Source of the DNA: Balanoglossus misakiensis
Taxonomy: Eukaryota > Animalia > Hemichordata
DNA length: 64,000 bases
NCBI GenBank assembly: GCA_040954595.2
Contig: CM082578.2
Coordinates: 3,082,831-3,146,830 of the forward strand
Reading direction: 5' to 3'
The translations under genes were made by a program, and so were the position numbers. Positions within the stretch are counted from its first letter, which is position 1. Each line of letters begins with the position of its first letter. Shown piece after piece: positions 39,665 through 53,287 of the stretch. The notes below the pieces were generated by a model that searched no databases, was not told the DNA's origin, and saw nothing but the letters and a program-made list of their open reading frames with translations.

Positions 39665-41258
39665 AGTCCTGTTTCAAAATGACCAACATTACACGTCCTA
39701 TACACATGTATTGCATGTTCTGATTGGTTTATCCGCTTCTCTAAGGTCCACTTGCGGCACGCTGATTGGAGGGACCTTGTAGGTTAGGTCTTACTTTATT
39801 CACTAGACCTTGTAGGTTAGGTCTTATTACTATGCATTATTCACTTAACAGCTCCCTGATTGGTTAACGTGTCAGTCTGGTCCCCCATGTGTTCACTGCC
39901 TCATTATACAGGACCTTGTAGGTTAGGTCTTATTACTATGTATTATTCACTTTACAGCTCCCTGATTGGTTATTGTGTAGGTCTGGTCCTCCAGTGTTCA
40001 CTGCCTCATTATGCAGGACCTTGTAGGTTAGGTCTTAATAATATGCATTTATTCACCATACAGCTCCCTGATTGGTTAACGTGTCAGTCTGGTCCCCCCA
40101 GTGTTCACTGCCTCATTGTGAAATGTCCCATGTGCTTCCTGGCTAGCGTTGTGGTAACACATTATTCGGTTTGTCCGCAGATCGTTCATTGATTTTCTGA
40201 GAAATAGCCTGACTGATACTATGTCCAACATAAACCGCACCCTGGAAAGATTAAATGATCATTTAGATGGACTTTGAAAATCTGATTTACTCATCTAAGC
40301 ATTTTTGCTAACAGTTGTATATTTTTTTAATCACCCTCCTACTTCTCGTCATCAATTTTATTATTGTTGTTATTACTAGTTTAAAGTAAATTTGTTTTGA
40401 CGAAGATGTTGTGATAAGGACCACGTTGTCCGTTTATAAATACATTCCTATATTGTTTTCATAAAAATGGAACTATGACGGTGCAGCTTCGTGAAAGAAG
40501 TACAATAAAAGTTATCATACCTGCAAAGCAACTAATGAGGTATCCCAAAGAAATGCAATGCTATTCTAAACAATTCTATTGTAAGATATTTTTGGTTTGC
40601 TCGAATGAATAGCACACACTTCGTATTCAGCCAGGTGTTACACGAAGTGATGCGCTGAAAGACATTATGTAACAAAACACTAGCCCATTTCAACAAACCG
40701 CCCCTGGAAATAAAATACTAAATTTCTCCTGGCAATTTTTATTTCGAGTATCTAGTTCACAGTATCACATAAAATGCCATGAATAGTGAAGGAAAAGGTG
40801 AAATCCAATCATTATATGAGTGCCTTTCTTTATACATTGGGATCGAACTTCGACCACGCGCAGGCAGCATGCCAGACAGAATACGACAACAGTATTCAGA
40901 AAGTACAAAAGACTTTGCATAACGAGGCAGTGAAATCTGGAGACCTACACATTAACCAATCAGGGAGCTGAAAATTGAATAAATACATATTAATAAGACC
41001 TAACCTACAAGGTCCTGCATAATGAGGCAGTGAACACTGGAGGACCAGACCTACACATTAACCAATCAGGGAGCTGTAAAGCGAATAATACATAGTAATA
41101 AGACCTAACCTACAAGGTCTAGTGAATAATACATAATAATAAGACCTAACACATAAGGTCCCTCCAATCAGCGTGCCGCAAGTGGACCTAATATTACCAG
41201 ATGGACCAATCACAGATGTCGGTACATATGTCATGGACCTGACTTATGAAACAGGACT
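39665..41258. mobile_element. Non-autonomous DNA element with 12-bp TIR and inverted arrays of ~118-bp subterminal repeats
   Basis: AGT|AGTCCTGTTTCA...TGAAACAGGACT|AGT; GACCTTGTAGGTTAGGTCTTA repeats at 39773-40040 mirrored at 40990-41160; removal restores SPGS|TWTHRF. Confidence 0.75.
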
Positions 41259-42300
41259 AGTTGAGCCTGGTGACTTAAACTTTAAACTGTAGTTGTTGGT
41301 CTTCATTTTTGTGGTCCCAAATCGTCGGCGATTTTGCTCGCGCCTTGCAGACCCCGTCCGGGGGATGCAAATATTAAAGTCGACGAATCAACGGGGCAAG
41401 TCGTGAAGGCGCACATCGCTCCACCATAGGGACGTGGCAAGGGTCCAAAGAAAAATGACATTTCTTTTTTGTTCTGGAACATCAGAGGCTTAAAGGCTAA
41501 ATCCTCAGATTCAGATTTCCTTTCATTTTGTAAAAATATTGACATAATTGGTCTCGTAGAAACTTTTTGTTGCAAGGCAGACAGTGTTGATTTCTTAGCC
41601 GACTATGTCGCTTTTAAATTCCCAGCTTGTACACGCAGCCAGAGAGGATGTCCGAGTGGGGGAACTGCTGTTTACGTTCACCGAAATTTTGCAAACAAAG
41701 TAAAGGAAATTCATAGCTCTGTTGAAAATAGCATTTTTCTTCATTTCGATAAAACTATCTTTCCTTTTAATAAAGATGTTCTTTATGGCTGCTGCTACTT
41801 TAAGCCTGATGACAAGTCCGATAAATTCGAAGCGCTGGAATCGCTTATAACTGATTTTCGCTCTCTTTATTCAGACTCACTGGTTGTACTTGGTGGCGAT
41901 TTTAACGCCAGAATTGGGTTACTTTCTGATTATATTGTGGACGACTCAATTGACCATGTACCGACCAATGGTTTAGACTATGTACCTGACACTTTCCAGA
42001 TGGAACGAAATTCAAAGGACGAAACTGTTAATGAGGCAGGCAGAGTTATGTTAAATTTATGCAAATGTTTGGATATTCACGTTTTGAATGGTCGCTTACA
42101 TAATGATAAAGCTGGGAATGTTACTTGTGTGAGACTTCAATGGGTTGTAGCGTTGTCGATTATATAATTTCGTCATCTGAAATGTTTAGTTACGTCACAT
42201 ATTTCGATGTACTTACACGTGCAGAATCTGACCACTTTCCACTCATTTGCAAACTGGAGGCAGCCAACACTCATTTGCATAAGAAAGAAAAACACCCGCC

Positions 42301-42852
42301 TATGGCGCGTAATCGAGGCCAAAATTAACACCTCACTTTTTGAGTGAAACGCATTTGAATCGCACTCAACCTCATTTGATTTGACGGTCGACACTTTTGA
42401 ATCGCCGAGAACCACATTTGTTTTGAGTGAAACGCATTTGAATCAGACTCAACCTCATTTGATTATGAGGTCGACACTTTTGAATCGCCGGACCACATTT
42501 GTTTTGAGCTGACACGCATTTGAATCGGACTCCCAAGCATTTGATTATGAGGTCGACACTTTTGAATCGCCGGACCACATTTGTTTCGGACTCAACCTCA
42601 TTTGAGTTGGGACAAACCATTTTTGACTTGGGGTACACTGCATTTGATTTGAGTGACGATACTTTTGAGTTGAGACAAACCGTTTTTGAATTTGAGTCCA
42701 CCGCGTTCCATTTGAGGCTCAACTTGTGAATGGGACACCATCTCATTTGATTTGACTCAGGCTTTTCTTCCAATTGATTGTACCAGAATGTGGCTCTCTC
42801 TAAAACAACCCTTCTTTGTAGTGATTAGCTTTGCCCAGACAACATGAAACGT
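42301..42852 (+). mobile_element. Solo left-end copy of the IS3EU-type TIR inside LINE ORF2
   Basis: Begins exactly at TATGGCGCGTAATCGAGGCC, matches 1945-2436 with different subrepeat number, ends abruptly; no TSD. Confidence 0.9.
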
Positions 42853-43816
42853 TTGATGGGACTTGTACCGAGTCTAAACGCGTCATGTACGCGAAATTAA
42901 AAGTTTTCAGAGAGGTTGGCTCAGATGTAGATTTAAGTGAGTATATGGCAGCTAAAGCTAGGTTTAGACAAATTAAAAGGGAATATCAGGCTCGTATCAG
43001 GTGCCAATTGAATGAAGCTTCATCTAAGGGACCGAATGACTTTTGGTCAGTTTTGAAATCAGTGTTAAACCAGAGGCACAGTCGTGTTGAAAGTATCGAT
43101 ATTGTGACGTGGTACAACCACTTTAGTTCTTTACTTAATAGTATAGATAACACAGATACTGACCATATTTTGCCTACCTCGATTGAAGAGGAGTTTGACA
43201 GTATTGATGATTCAGTCAGTTCCGATGCAGGACACTTGGATTCACTTAACTCCAAGATCACAGAGGAAGAGATCCTGAGATGTCTAAAAGGTCTCAAAGA
43301 CGGCAAGGCGCCTGGACCAGACGGGATCCCCAACGAGTTTTACAAATTTTCTGCTGATGTAACTTTGCCTCTTTTAACTGAATTGTTTAATTTCATTTTC
43401 GACTCCGGTACCTTTCCATATGAATGGTCTATTGCAATAATCATTCCACTTTTTAAATAAGGCCGCAAAAACGATGTTAAGAATTATAGGGGAATCTCTC
43501 TTTTGAACACACTGGGTAAAGTTTTCACTTCTGTTTTAAATCAGAGAATTACAAGGTGGGTAGAAGATACAAATCTTTTCTCAGATTGCCAGGCCGGTTT
43601 TCGAAAAAATCACAGTACAGTCGACAATCTATTTGTTCTTCATGCAATCATTCAGAAATATCTCGGCATCAGACGAGGAAAGCTTTATTGTATGTTCGTG
43701 GACTTTTCAAAAGCGTTCGACACTATCAATCATTCTTTGTTGCTGTACAGATTGAAATCACTTGGTGTTAATGACAAAATGTACACATTATTACAGTCCA
43801 TGTATGGTGGTGTTAA

Positions 43817-46800
43817 GGTGGCACTGCATGAAACCGTCGAGACTTTTTCAGAGGCCTATTTCTCATCAAAGACAAAGTTAAAACCCCCATAAACCATATA
43901 TATTCTGGAAGCTGAGATTTTGAACTTTTGTTTGAGTTGCAAATATTATTGATCCCCGGAAATGGTGGCGATTTTGGGTTAAATTTTTTTTATATTATGT
44001 CATGAAATTTAAAATAGGTAAAAAAGTTGACCATGCATCATGCATCTTAATATGTCATTCGAAACTAGGGAACACGTGCAAAAAAACGGTAATTTTGTTT
44101 TGCGTTATCTGCTTCCATTGAGGAGTAACAGCGTTTGAAAGTTAGATTTTCAGAAAATTTGATCAAATTCATGGTGAGTTGTATTGAATCAGAGTTTATT
44201 CCCGCCAGGGACACTTTATCGACAAACAAAACTACCTTTGAGAATATTCACTCAATTCTTTTTAATTTTGGTAATGATACGTCGAATATCATTATACTTG
44301 GAGACTATAACACTGTTCAAGATGACTTGCTTGATAGAGTTGGCACTGGTCGGGGTAATTATCATATGAATGCATTCAAAAGCATTAAACAATTAATGCA
44401 TTCGTGGGACTTTAGTGACATCTGGCGGTTACGTAATCCAACTGTGAGGCGTTACACCTGGAGAAGAGGCAATCGTGCCAGTAGAATAAATTATTTTCTA
44501 GTGTCTTTTTGTCTTTCTTCAAAAATTATGAATGTTGTCATTGGAGAAAGATATCGTTCTGACCATCATCTCATTAGTATTGGTTTTTGAAACTAGCGTT
44601 TTCACGCGTGGCAAGGGTTACTGTCATTTTAATAATTCTCTTCTTAACGATCATAATTTCATCACCCAGTCAAAACGCTTTATTTCAGATTTCTTTAGTG
44701 CTAATAATGGTTCTGCGAATCCAAACAGTGTTTGGGATGCTTTCAAATGTGCTTTCAGAGGTCATTGCATTAAATTCAGCTCAATTAAACAGCGCAAATG
44801 TAAAGCAAAGGAGAATCGTTTAATTGAGGAAATTAATGAGCTTCATACTATTATTGACTCGGGTTCTGATCATTATACAGATGACAATAATCTGCGTTTA
44901 TCGATGAAACAGGACGAACTTGAGTCTATTTATGCAGCTAGAACAGCTGGGCTTATGATTCGTGCCAAAGATAGATGGCTTAATTGGGGTGAACGTCCTA
45001 CAAAATATTTTCTTAATCTTGTTCACAGAAACTATTCAAGAAAAAATGTTATGTCTCTTGTTCGGTCTGACGGGACTATTTTATCAAACCCAACAGACAT
45101 TTTGAGGGAAGAAGTTGTATTTTTTAAAGAACTTTATGCATTTGTAGACCCTCCAGTCCCTCTTAATCATGAGGACTGTTCCATTTTGTTTACCGATAAC
45201 CATGTGAATCGGCTGAGTAGTTTTGAACAGCATATATGTGAAGGCTCTATTACTGCCAATGAATTATGGCAAGCCATTAAATCCTTCCCAACTGGAAAAT
45301 CTCCAGGGTTGGATGGTATGCCCGTTGAAATTTATAAAGCTTTCTTCACAGAATTGTGCACACCCATGCTTAATAGCTTCAATTATTCCTTTGAATGCGG
45401 CTTTTTATCACCTTCACAGAGGGAGGGGCTATTATCACTTCTCCTAAAACAGGATGCGCAGGGTAATGATAAGGACCCAACTTTTTTAAAGAATTGGAGA
45501 CCTTTAACTTTACTTTGTTGTGATACTCGCATTCTTGCCAAAAGTCTCTCATTGCGTGTTAAACGAGTTATTACTACAATTATCAATGAGGACCAAACTG
45601 GTTTTATTCATGGTAGATTTATTGCAGATAATATTAGGAGGCTTTTGGAGATTATAGATTTGTACGAGAAGAATAAAGAGCCAGGTTTGGTCTTCATTGC
45701 TGATTTTGAGAAGGCTTTTGACAAATTGAGATGGGATTTTATTCTTAAGAGCTTAGAGTATTTTAATTTCGGTCCTTCTTTTCTGTCATGGATAAAAGTT
45801 TTGTATAACAATATTTCCAGTCGTATTATCAATTATGGTCATATTTCTGACAATTTTATTCTTTCTCGGGGTGTTCGACAGGGTTGCCCACTGTCGCCAT
45901 ATTTATTTGTAATAGCCGTAGAAATGCTGGCAATACGGGTGAGAACATGTAATGACTTTAAAGGTCTAAAGACAGGCCCTATCGAAAACAAGATTTAACA
46001 ATATGCCGATGACACAAACTTTCCTAGTCAACCTGATTATTGTTCTTTTAATGCTTTGCTTGATATTTTGAACGTGTTTTCTACATTCTCTGGTCTGAAA
46101 CCCAATTATGAGAAATGTAAGGTATTGCGCATTGGGTCTCTTAAAAACACAGATTTCCATATCAATACCGCTTTTCCTTTAGTATGGACTGATGGCGATG
46201 TTAATGTTCTTGGTATTCACATTCCAAATAATTCATCACATCTTGTAACTGTCAACTTTAATCCTCGGCTTGAAAAGGCGAGGAAGATACTGCAGCCATG
46301 GCAGGGTAGGGGGCTCACTTTTTATGGGAAAGTAACAATTATAAAATCCTTGGTCAATTCACAGTTTACTTATCTTTTCATGTCTCTACCATCTCCTGGT
46401 AATGACTTCTTTAAAAAGTATGAAACTTTAGTTTTCAATTTTTTGTGGGGTGGTAAGCGAGACAAGATTAAGAGGAATACCATCTACAATTCATATGTAA
46501 ATGGGGGTCTCAATTTGACAAATTTGCCTGCCTTTAATTCGACGCTAAAGACAGCCTGGTTTTTGAGGATCGTGTGCAACAATAGTTTATTTTGTAGTAA
46601 ATGGTATACATTTGTTCTTTCCAGTTTTGGTGGGCCCCAAGTGTATTATGCCAATTTAAAAAAGATGATTTTCATATTTTGAACCCCATTAATTCTGTTT
46701 TCTTAAGACAAATTTATTCAGCATGGCTGCAGTATAATACCACTACAGTATCTGATAAAGACGATGTATGCCAAGAACTAATTTGCAATAATTCTGAGAT

Positions 46801-47758
46801 ACGAATTAGTGATAAGCCAATATTGTGGAATAACTTTTCAAGGAATGGTGTTATTTTTATTAATGATCTTATCGATGCTAATTGTAAGTTTTATAATTAT
46901 GAGCAGTTTACTACAATATATGGTAATATTTGTACACAATTTCGGTATAATCAATTATTATGTGCAATACCACTTGATTGGAAAAATATTGTACAGAATT
47001 CACACTCATCCAAACTACTGGTATGTAAGCCTAATTTTCGAAATCCCAATTGTTTGTCTGGTAAAAAACTCAATAGAGAGATGTACACTTTTTTTTCTGA
47101 ATTTACAAACACCACAGGAGCTTTCTCCACACATAATACGTTATTGGTACGATGTATTTGATGAAGTGTTTTCCTTAAAAACTGTGTTTTCGCTTCCTTT
47201 CAAATTAACAAATGATATTAAGCTTTGGAATTTTCAGTACAAACTAATAATGAAGATCTTGCCTTCAAACCGCATGCTTTACAAATGGCGAATAATTGAC
47301 TCCCCACTTTGTATTTTTTGTATAGATGTTGTAGAGGATTATTACCATCTTTTTGGGGATTGTATTTATACTAGTCGGTTTTGGATTTCAGTGAAAGAGT
47401 GGTTTTTTACTGTTACACTTAATACACTAAGGTTAAGTGCAATGTATTGTATTCTGGGTAATATAGATGAGGGGGGTAGTCAACTTGCAAATGTCATTCT
47501 TTTGATTGGACGTTCTTATATTTTTAAATGTAAAGTGTCGAATGTTTTTTTTGCCAAACATGCTTCAGTTTAAATCATATGTGAAATCTATTTATAAAAT
47601 TGAAGATAATGTAGCCACTACAAATGATAGACAGGGGATACATCTAGAAAAATGGGGAGCTTTTGTCAACCTGTTCGTTGATTAGTGTCCTTTTTGTGGT
47701 TTCTTTCTTTTTCTTGTCTTTGTCGACTTTTTTGTTTTTGTCCTGTATTTTTGAAATG

Positions 47759-47806
<48 letters not shown>

Positions 47807-49311
47807 ACCGTTTTGTTGGATGGGTCATACACAATTCCCTGTCAAAATTTGAGCAAATTCGGCCAACGCAGGGCGAAGCTATTTTAGTCTGAAGTTGTCA
47901 AAAGCAGCGAAAATGCAAACCGAGAAAAACGGCAATTTGCATTGTTGACACTTATTTCTTCTCCTGCCTCGAAAGTATCGACGTAAAAAAAAAACACACA
48001 CAAATATATCGACAAGGGGTAATTAAATAACTTGAATGTACATCGGACATGAAATCATATCCAACGACGGAAATTAAGCTGAAAAACTTCGCCGATTCTG
48101 AGGTAAACGCGCCCAGGCACTCCCGCTATGTGACATAATCTATTTCCTCTGCAAACATGGGCGGGTCATTACATCGGGATTGTGTTTACAAGGCAACGGC
48201 AAGAGATTAGTCCGAAGCTTGGACACTCTTATCAAACAAACTGTTTATCGGCAAGGAAAGAATAAATAATCATTGTTTTGAAAGCGATAACAGTATTCGA
48301 GACAACAGAGTAGTGCTATTTGGATGAAACAGGTTCTATCTCCACAACAAATCGAAGATCGCTTATAGCTAGTGCAGTGCAGTAGCAACGCAGTGATTTT
48401 CCAGGCCAATAAAACGGAAAACGAGCAGTGCACTGCAGTCACAAAGTCCATAGAAAAATAGGAAACAGCAACATAAATAACTACTTCAACACGTTTTCAA
48501 CGATTATATGGGGTGTAGCACCCGCCAAAGCAACCCCAAAACTCGGACATTACATTACAGTTGTCTGAAGAAAAGCGTGCCAACTGGGCAGATGCACGCG
48601 CATCGTTTCCCGTTTCACACATACAATAAACAACTTTTGTGATGGGTGGCTTCTTTCTGTGAAGGGTGACAAGACATCGACTTCAATGATGACGTCATGT
48701 TGTTTATCTAGAAAGGAAAGCGTCGCTTTTACCACAATTTTGCCGTAGTCTGTTTATTTCTTACACCGAGCATCTTGCAAATAACACGTTTTGTTATGGA
48801 TCCGATTTTCCGTGCAATGCGTCGGACTCTGTGTCAGAACCAGTTTGCTTGCTGGCTAGCGCTTGGACACGTTCAAGGTCGCTCGCGATCCATCTTTTGA
48901 AATTCTGTTTTTTTAATCCTCGCCTACGTTTTCTGCGACGGGAACGCACTTGGATGTCCATCTTTGCACTGTGATCTTTGTAATGTTTGTAATGAAGATA
49001 TGCAGCTGAGACCTATTTGTATTGTTAATGATCTTTATTTGACCTCTGCCTTTTAGCAACTATTTTGCATAATCCATGTCAATCATGACTTCGGTGTGAA
49101 ACCGTTTAACGTAAATTACGGTGCTTTATCGTCTGTAGGTAAACAAGAACGCGTGCAGCTGCGGACTCATTCAAAAAAGTGCTATTTTTGGGTGATTATG
49201 TACCATTTCCACCAAGACGCATTTGTCAGAATGTGGGTCAGTACTAGACCTACCGATTTATGTAAAAAAGTAAAATTTGGCAAAAATCACTAGTTTTCAT
49301 GCAGTGCCACC
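43817..49311. mobile_element. Kolobok-type non-autonomous element (~1.9 kb without the nested L1), TTAA TSD
   Basis: TTAA|GGTGGCACTGCATGAAA...TTTCATGCAGTGCCACC|TTAA; removal restores RT sequence MYGGVKACVRTN. Confidence 0.85.
44237..47800 (+). mobile_element. L1/Tx1-clade LINE, 5'-truncated within the endonuclease, ORF2 disrupted
   Basis: GDYN, SRINYFL, SDH, GERPTKYF, KSPGLDG, NWRPLTLL, DFEKAFD, GVRQGCPLSP, QYADD, CIFC..HLFGDC; poly(A) 47759-47804; TSD AAAACTACC at 44228-44236 and 47801-47809. Confidence 0.92.
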
Positions 49312-52300
49312 TTAAAGCATGTGTAAGAACAAACAATGTAACTTCAACTTATTTTGATTGCCCAAAGGGAGTAAGGCAAGGATGTATCCTCAGTCCAATC
49401 TTATTTGCACTTTTCATCGAAGAACTCAATTCCATGTTGATGTCTGCCGGGCGTACAAGAATTCAACTGACACGAGATATTTATGATCTGTTTGCGCTTA
49501 TATATGCAGATGATGTAGTAATTTTTGCAGATTCGATTGCCAACCTGCAACACCTTATCAATATTCTGCAGGAGTTCTGTAAACATTGGCAGATGAAAGT
49601 GAATTTAGACAAAACAAAAATTGTTATCTTTCGTAAGGGTGGTAGAAAGTCATCTAGAGAGACATGGTACTTTGATAATACTGTAATCGAAGTAGTTTCT
49701 TATTACAAATATCTTGGGCTGTTACTATCATCTACGAATATATGGTCGAAAGCTGTCTCGACTCTTGCTTGCCAAGCAAACAAAGCAATGAACGTGCTGT
49801 TAACTGCTACTAGAAAAATTGATAGCTTTACGCTTAAGGTTCATTTCAAGGTTTTTGATGCGATGATTGTACCGATCTTGACTTACGGTGCCGAAATATG
49901 GGGATTCCAATACTATGACTGTATTGAAAAGATTCAGAGAAAATGGTGCAGACGACTACTGACAGTCTCAAATAATGCCCCTAATGAGGCAGTAGTGGGG
50001 GAATGTGGTCGTCTACCTTTATTTTCAAAGACCCTACGGAAATGTATTAGCTACTGGTTAAAGCTTATTGAGATGCCAACAGATAGACTCCCCAGACATG
50101 CGTACAATATGTTAAGAAATCTCGATAACTTAGGGAGGCATACATGGGTCTCTTCAATCAAACATATTCTTTATTCACCTGGGTTTGGTTATGCCTGGAT
50201 TGCTCAGGAGGTGGGCAACAAAGATATTTTTCTCAGTTGTTTACACTCTAGGGTTATTGATATATGTAAACAACAATGGTCAATTCATGCAACAAACAAA
50301 CCTAAAATACGCTCATACTGTACATTCAAAAGTATTCTTGAACCTGAAAGGTATTTAACTTTGAACTGTAATGTAAAATTTATACAGGTTCTTGCTCGCT
50401 TCAGATATTCGTCTCTCCCTCTAGCGATAGAGGAGGGGCGTCATCGGGGAGTTGACCCAAACCATAGGTTTTGTAAGTTATGTAACTCTGGTGATATTGA
50501 GGACGAGTACCATTTTTTGTTAATCTGTTCTCTTTATAACAGCATCAGAATCAAATATTTACCACGAAGTGCTTTCCTTGACCCAAACTACGACAAATTC
50601 AAAAGGCTTATGAGCTCCACAGATTCACAGGTACTACTGAACATTTGCCACTATGTCTATAAAGCTATGGCTGTGAGAACAGCCACCTGTCCTGCATAGA
50701 GTGTATTACTTTGTTTAACTTTCTCTGTAATTCTGAAATTAGCACTCAATCTGTATTTGTGCGATGGTTCACTTTATTTGAGAACGGGATGTTCTCCATG
50801 CATTTGGACCCGAGGTCTTGAAACGCAATAAATTATTACAAATAAGGTTCTCAGTTCTTCATTCGAAGTGGTAGGTGTAATTACATTTGGGGTTGCATTT
50901 ACGTTAACCATACTAGTAACAGCACTAGTACTGGCACTCGCACGGGTCGTTTGTGTGGATGCGCTTTCTTCCGCAAGTTGGTGTGCTCCATCTCCAGTTT
51001 CTTCTCGGTGTGTGTCACATGGCTCATCATCATTTGTCATAAAATTCTGGGCGATCTCCAGCAACCTTCTGGCACGTCGTAATCTGTCACGATCTGGTCC
51101 GCGAGGAGTTGTTGATGTGTGCTTTTCAGAAGCCATGCTGTGCGTTGCAATGCCTGAAATTCTCGTCAACTTTGAAAACAGGCTTTGGTACAACACGAGA
51201 ATTTCCTATAAATACTGACAACATTGCAACAAGCGCGCCACCACTAGTTTGGAGCTTTCACGCCACTAAATGACTGTGTACCCTTCCTCACAGGGACGAA
51301 TTTAGTGCTATTTAATTTGAAAATGTATTTTTACTAGGTGGCAGGGGCCAGGTATATTATGTTTGGTCTAATTTTACGACTGGACATAAGTGAGCTTGAG
51401 ATTTATGTCCGTGAGATTACCATACGTACCACTTCATTGAGTGGTGGAGTGATTCGTATGTTAGTTTCCTAGTGTTAGGCAGTCGGATCTGGCCAACCGA
51501 GGGCTCTTCAAGTTGTCGGATGTGTCCGATCACTATGCATACTAGGTATGTTTTCCTTTTTTAAAAATAGAAATAGACATTACTTTTTTTTCTCTTTTAG
51601 CCCTGTCTAATTGTTTCTAATAAAACTTTTTGGGAACTTACATGCGTTGACATGCGTTGCCTACGGGCGTTAACCTATTACTGATATGAAACACACAACC
51701 TATACAGTCGGAACGCAGGTTGCTCTCACAGAGGGCGCGCATTAAGCAGAGGTCACGTGATAAATTTCAAAATGTCAGCCTCTTCTCATGTAAACAACAC
51801 CGTCAGAAATCAGGCCGTGTATCTTCGGATATCCTCGTGTTTTTTTTTAAACGACGATTTGATTGAGGAAAGTGGTCCTCCAACTGTATCGTGTTCAATT
51901 TTTGTGTCTTCATAAGGTCAGATAATTACGCTAGCAGTTTTTTACGAGATCGTAGTGGTGTTTGTTTAATCGTAAAAATTGCCATTTTCAATGTTTCGAG
52001 GCGAATATTTCGAAAAGTGCAAGTGGTACAAAAAAAACAATGTGTTCGAACCCTAGATTGTTTACTTAGCTGTAATACTGGAAAATGTTACCTTCCTTGG
52101 AGCTTTTATAAAAATTTGCTGCACATCTTAGTGAACCATATACAAGTGGGATCTGGTGTATCGTACGTACAAGTATACGGCGCTAACTTTACCCCGTGTG
52201 ATACTATTACTTCGTGGGGGAGGCCGAGGGGGGTTGTGAGGGTGAATGTTTGGGTTGTAATTGAGCGTGTTACACGTCAGTGCGATCATGATCGTCGTCT

Positions 52301-53287
52301 ATTAATTGTTCTATGCCGATATAGGTGTTAAAAACAACCGATCATTTTCACACTTTGTCGGCCGATAAACGTACTGCCAATGCAGACTGATAAACACCAG
52401 TGCCGAAAGGCGGTTTTCAAACTACCGATCATTTCAAACTCTGTCGATCTTTTTCATAATAAGCCAAAGAGCGTAGTGCAGTACCGAAAGGCCGTTTTCA
52501 AACTACCGATCTTTTACATAATAAGCCGATATGACGTGACCGACACACGATGGAGCTCCGTTTGAGTCAGACAATAGTCCCGGACACCAATACGACAAGT
52601 AGACAATTGAAAATCACAAAGAAAATGTGTTTTTTTTTTGGTCAGAACCTTTCTAAAAGTAAGTCTTCGAGGTATGAAAAGCGATATCACATCAACATGT
52701 CACGAAAATTCAGTTCACCCACGAGGAGACGCTCACGCTACGTATACTGCATCACACGAAGGTTCAGGAGCTATGCACTAGTCAGGCGTGTGCGCTATAC
52801 TATACATGCTATAGAACGGAATTGTTGCACTTGTAATCAGGGGCGATTTTGCAAAGACCCATGGGGGTACACCCACTATTTTTCTTAAATAGTCAGAATA
52901 TATATTGAAATTACCAAAAATCGTTTCAAAATGTTACAATTATTTTTTATAAAAAAGTGCTGCACATCTTAAAACACTATAAATTCGATGTTTATTATTT
53001 TTCCAAATTTCGGGTCACTGTAAGTTTTATCAGTTTTCCGCAAGGTTTATCAAGATATTTCGGTAAAAATGTGTCGTTTAATAGCTTAAACTACAAACTA
53101 TCGATAAATGGTGAAAATGACTGGTAAAATACAATAATTACGACGTAAATAAGCTTAGAAAATTACGCGGGAAATCAGCACACCACTTCCGCATTTGAAA
53201 ACAAGATAACGTTGGGGGCGCTGCAAAGTTTAGAAAACACCGTGATTAACGGTCATTTGACGAGCTAGCGTTCGCACTGATATATGG

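Larger units (their letters stand above)
41303..50838 (+). mobile_element. Second RTE-X-like LINE, 5'-truncated, split by nested insertions
   Basis: APE 41430-42300 (FWNIRGL, GGDFNAR, SDHFPL), linker/RT 42852-43816 (GPDGIPNEF, QAGFR, VDFSKAFD), RT C-half 49312-50699 (GVRQGCILSP, YADD, CCHC); AATAAA-TTATTA tail. Confidence 0.88.
6855..51136 (-). pseudogene. Accessory gene of the IS3EU-type element, fragmented by insertions; N-terminal domain like transposon-borne G2E3/HECT-type proteins, C2HC UBZ-like finger, CUE/UBA-like domain; 3' part missing
   Basis: Reconstructed pieces: 51136-50839 (MASEKH...EELRTLF), 41302-41262 + 39664-39479 (SPGSTWTHRFCSLAE...GLGERKIQF...FPKLREGG), 38768-38578 (FLIDRTVSSSGKILEEVPMPSCGYTIPYL...QALAYIRPLQRDL, donor CAG|GTAA), 11108-10987 + 7812-7747 (CVHCGKEIPISGVKNHQKTC), 7241-7109 (AETLAEILGKSVPREVVLRTLRECSGDADMAFFVL), 6926-6855 (DSDVEVVNE); GT/AG sites at these exon ends. 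Confidence 0.65.

Noticed and set aside
52838-53287. hAT-like terminus CAGGGGCG
   Set aside because: No partner end or 8-bp TSD visible
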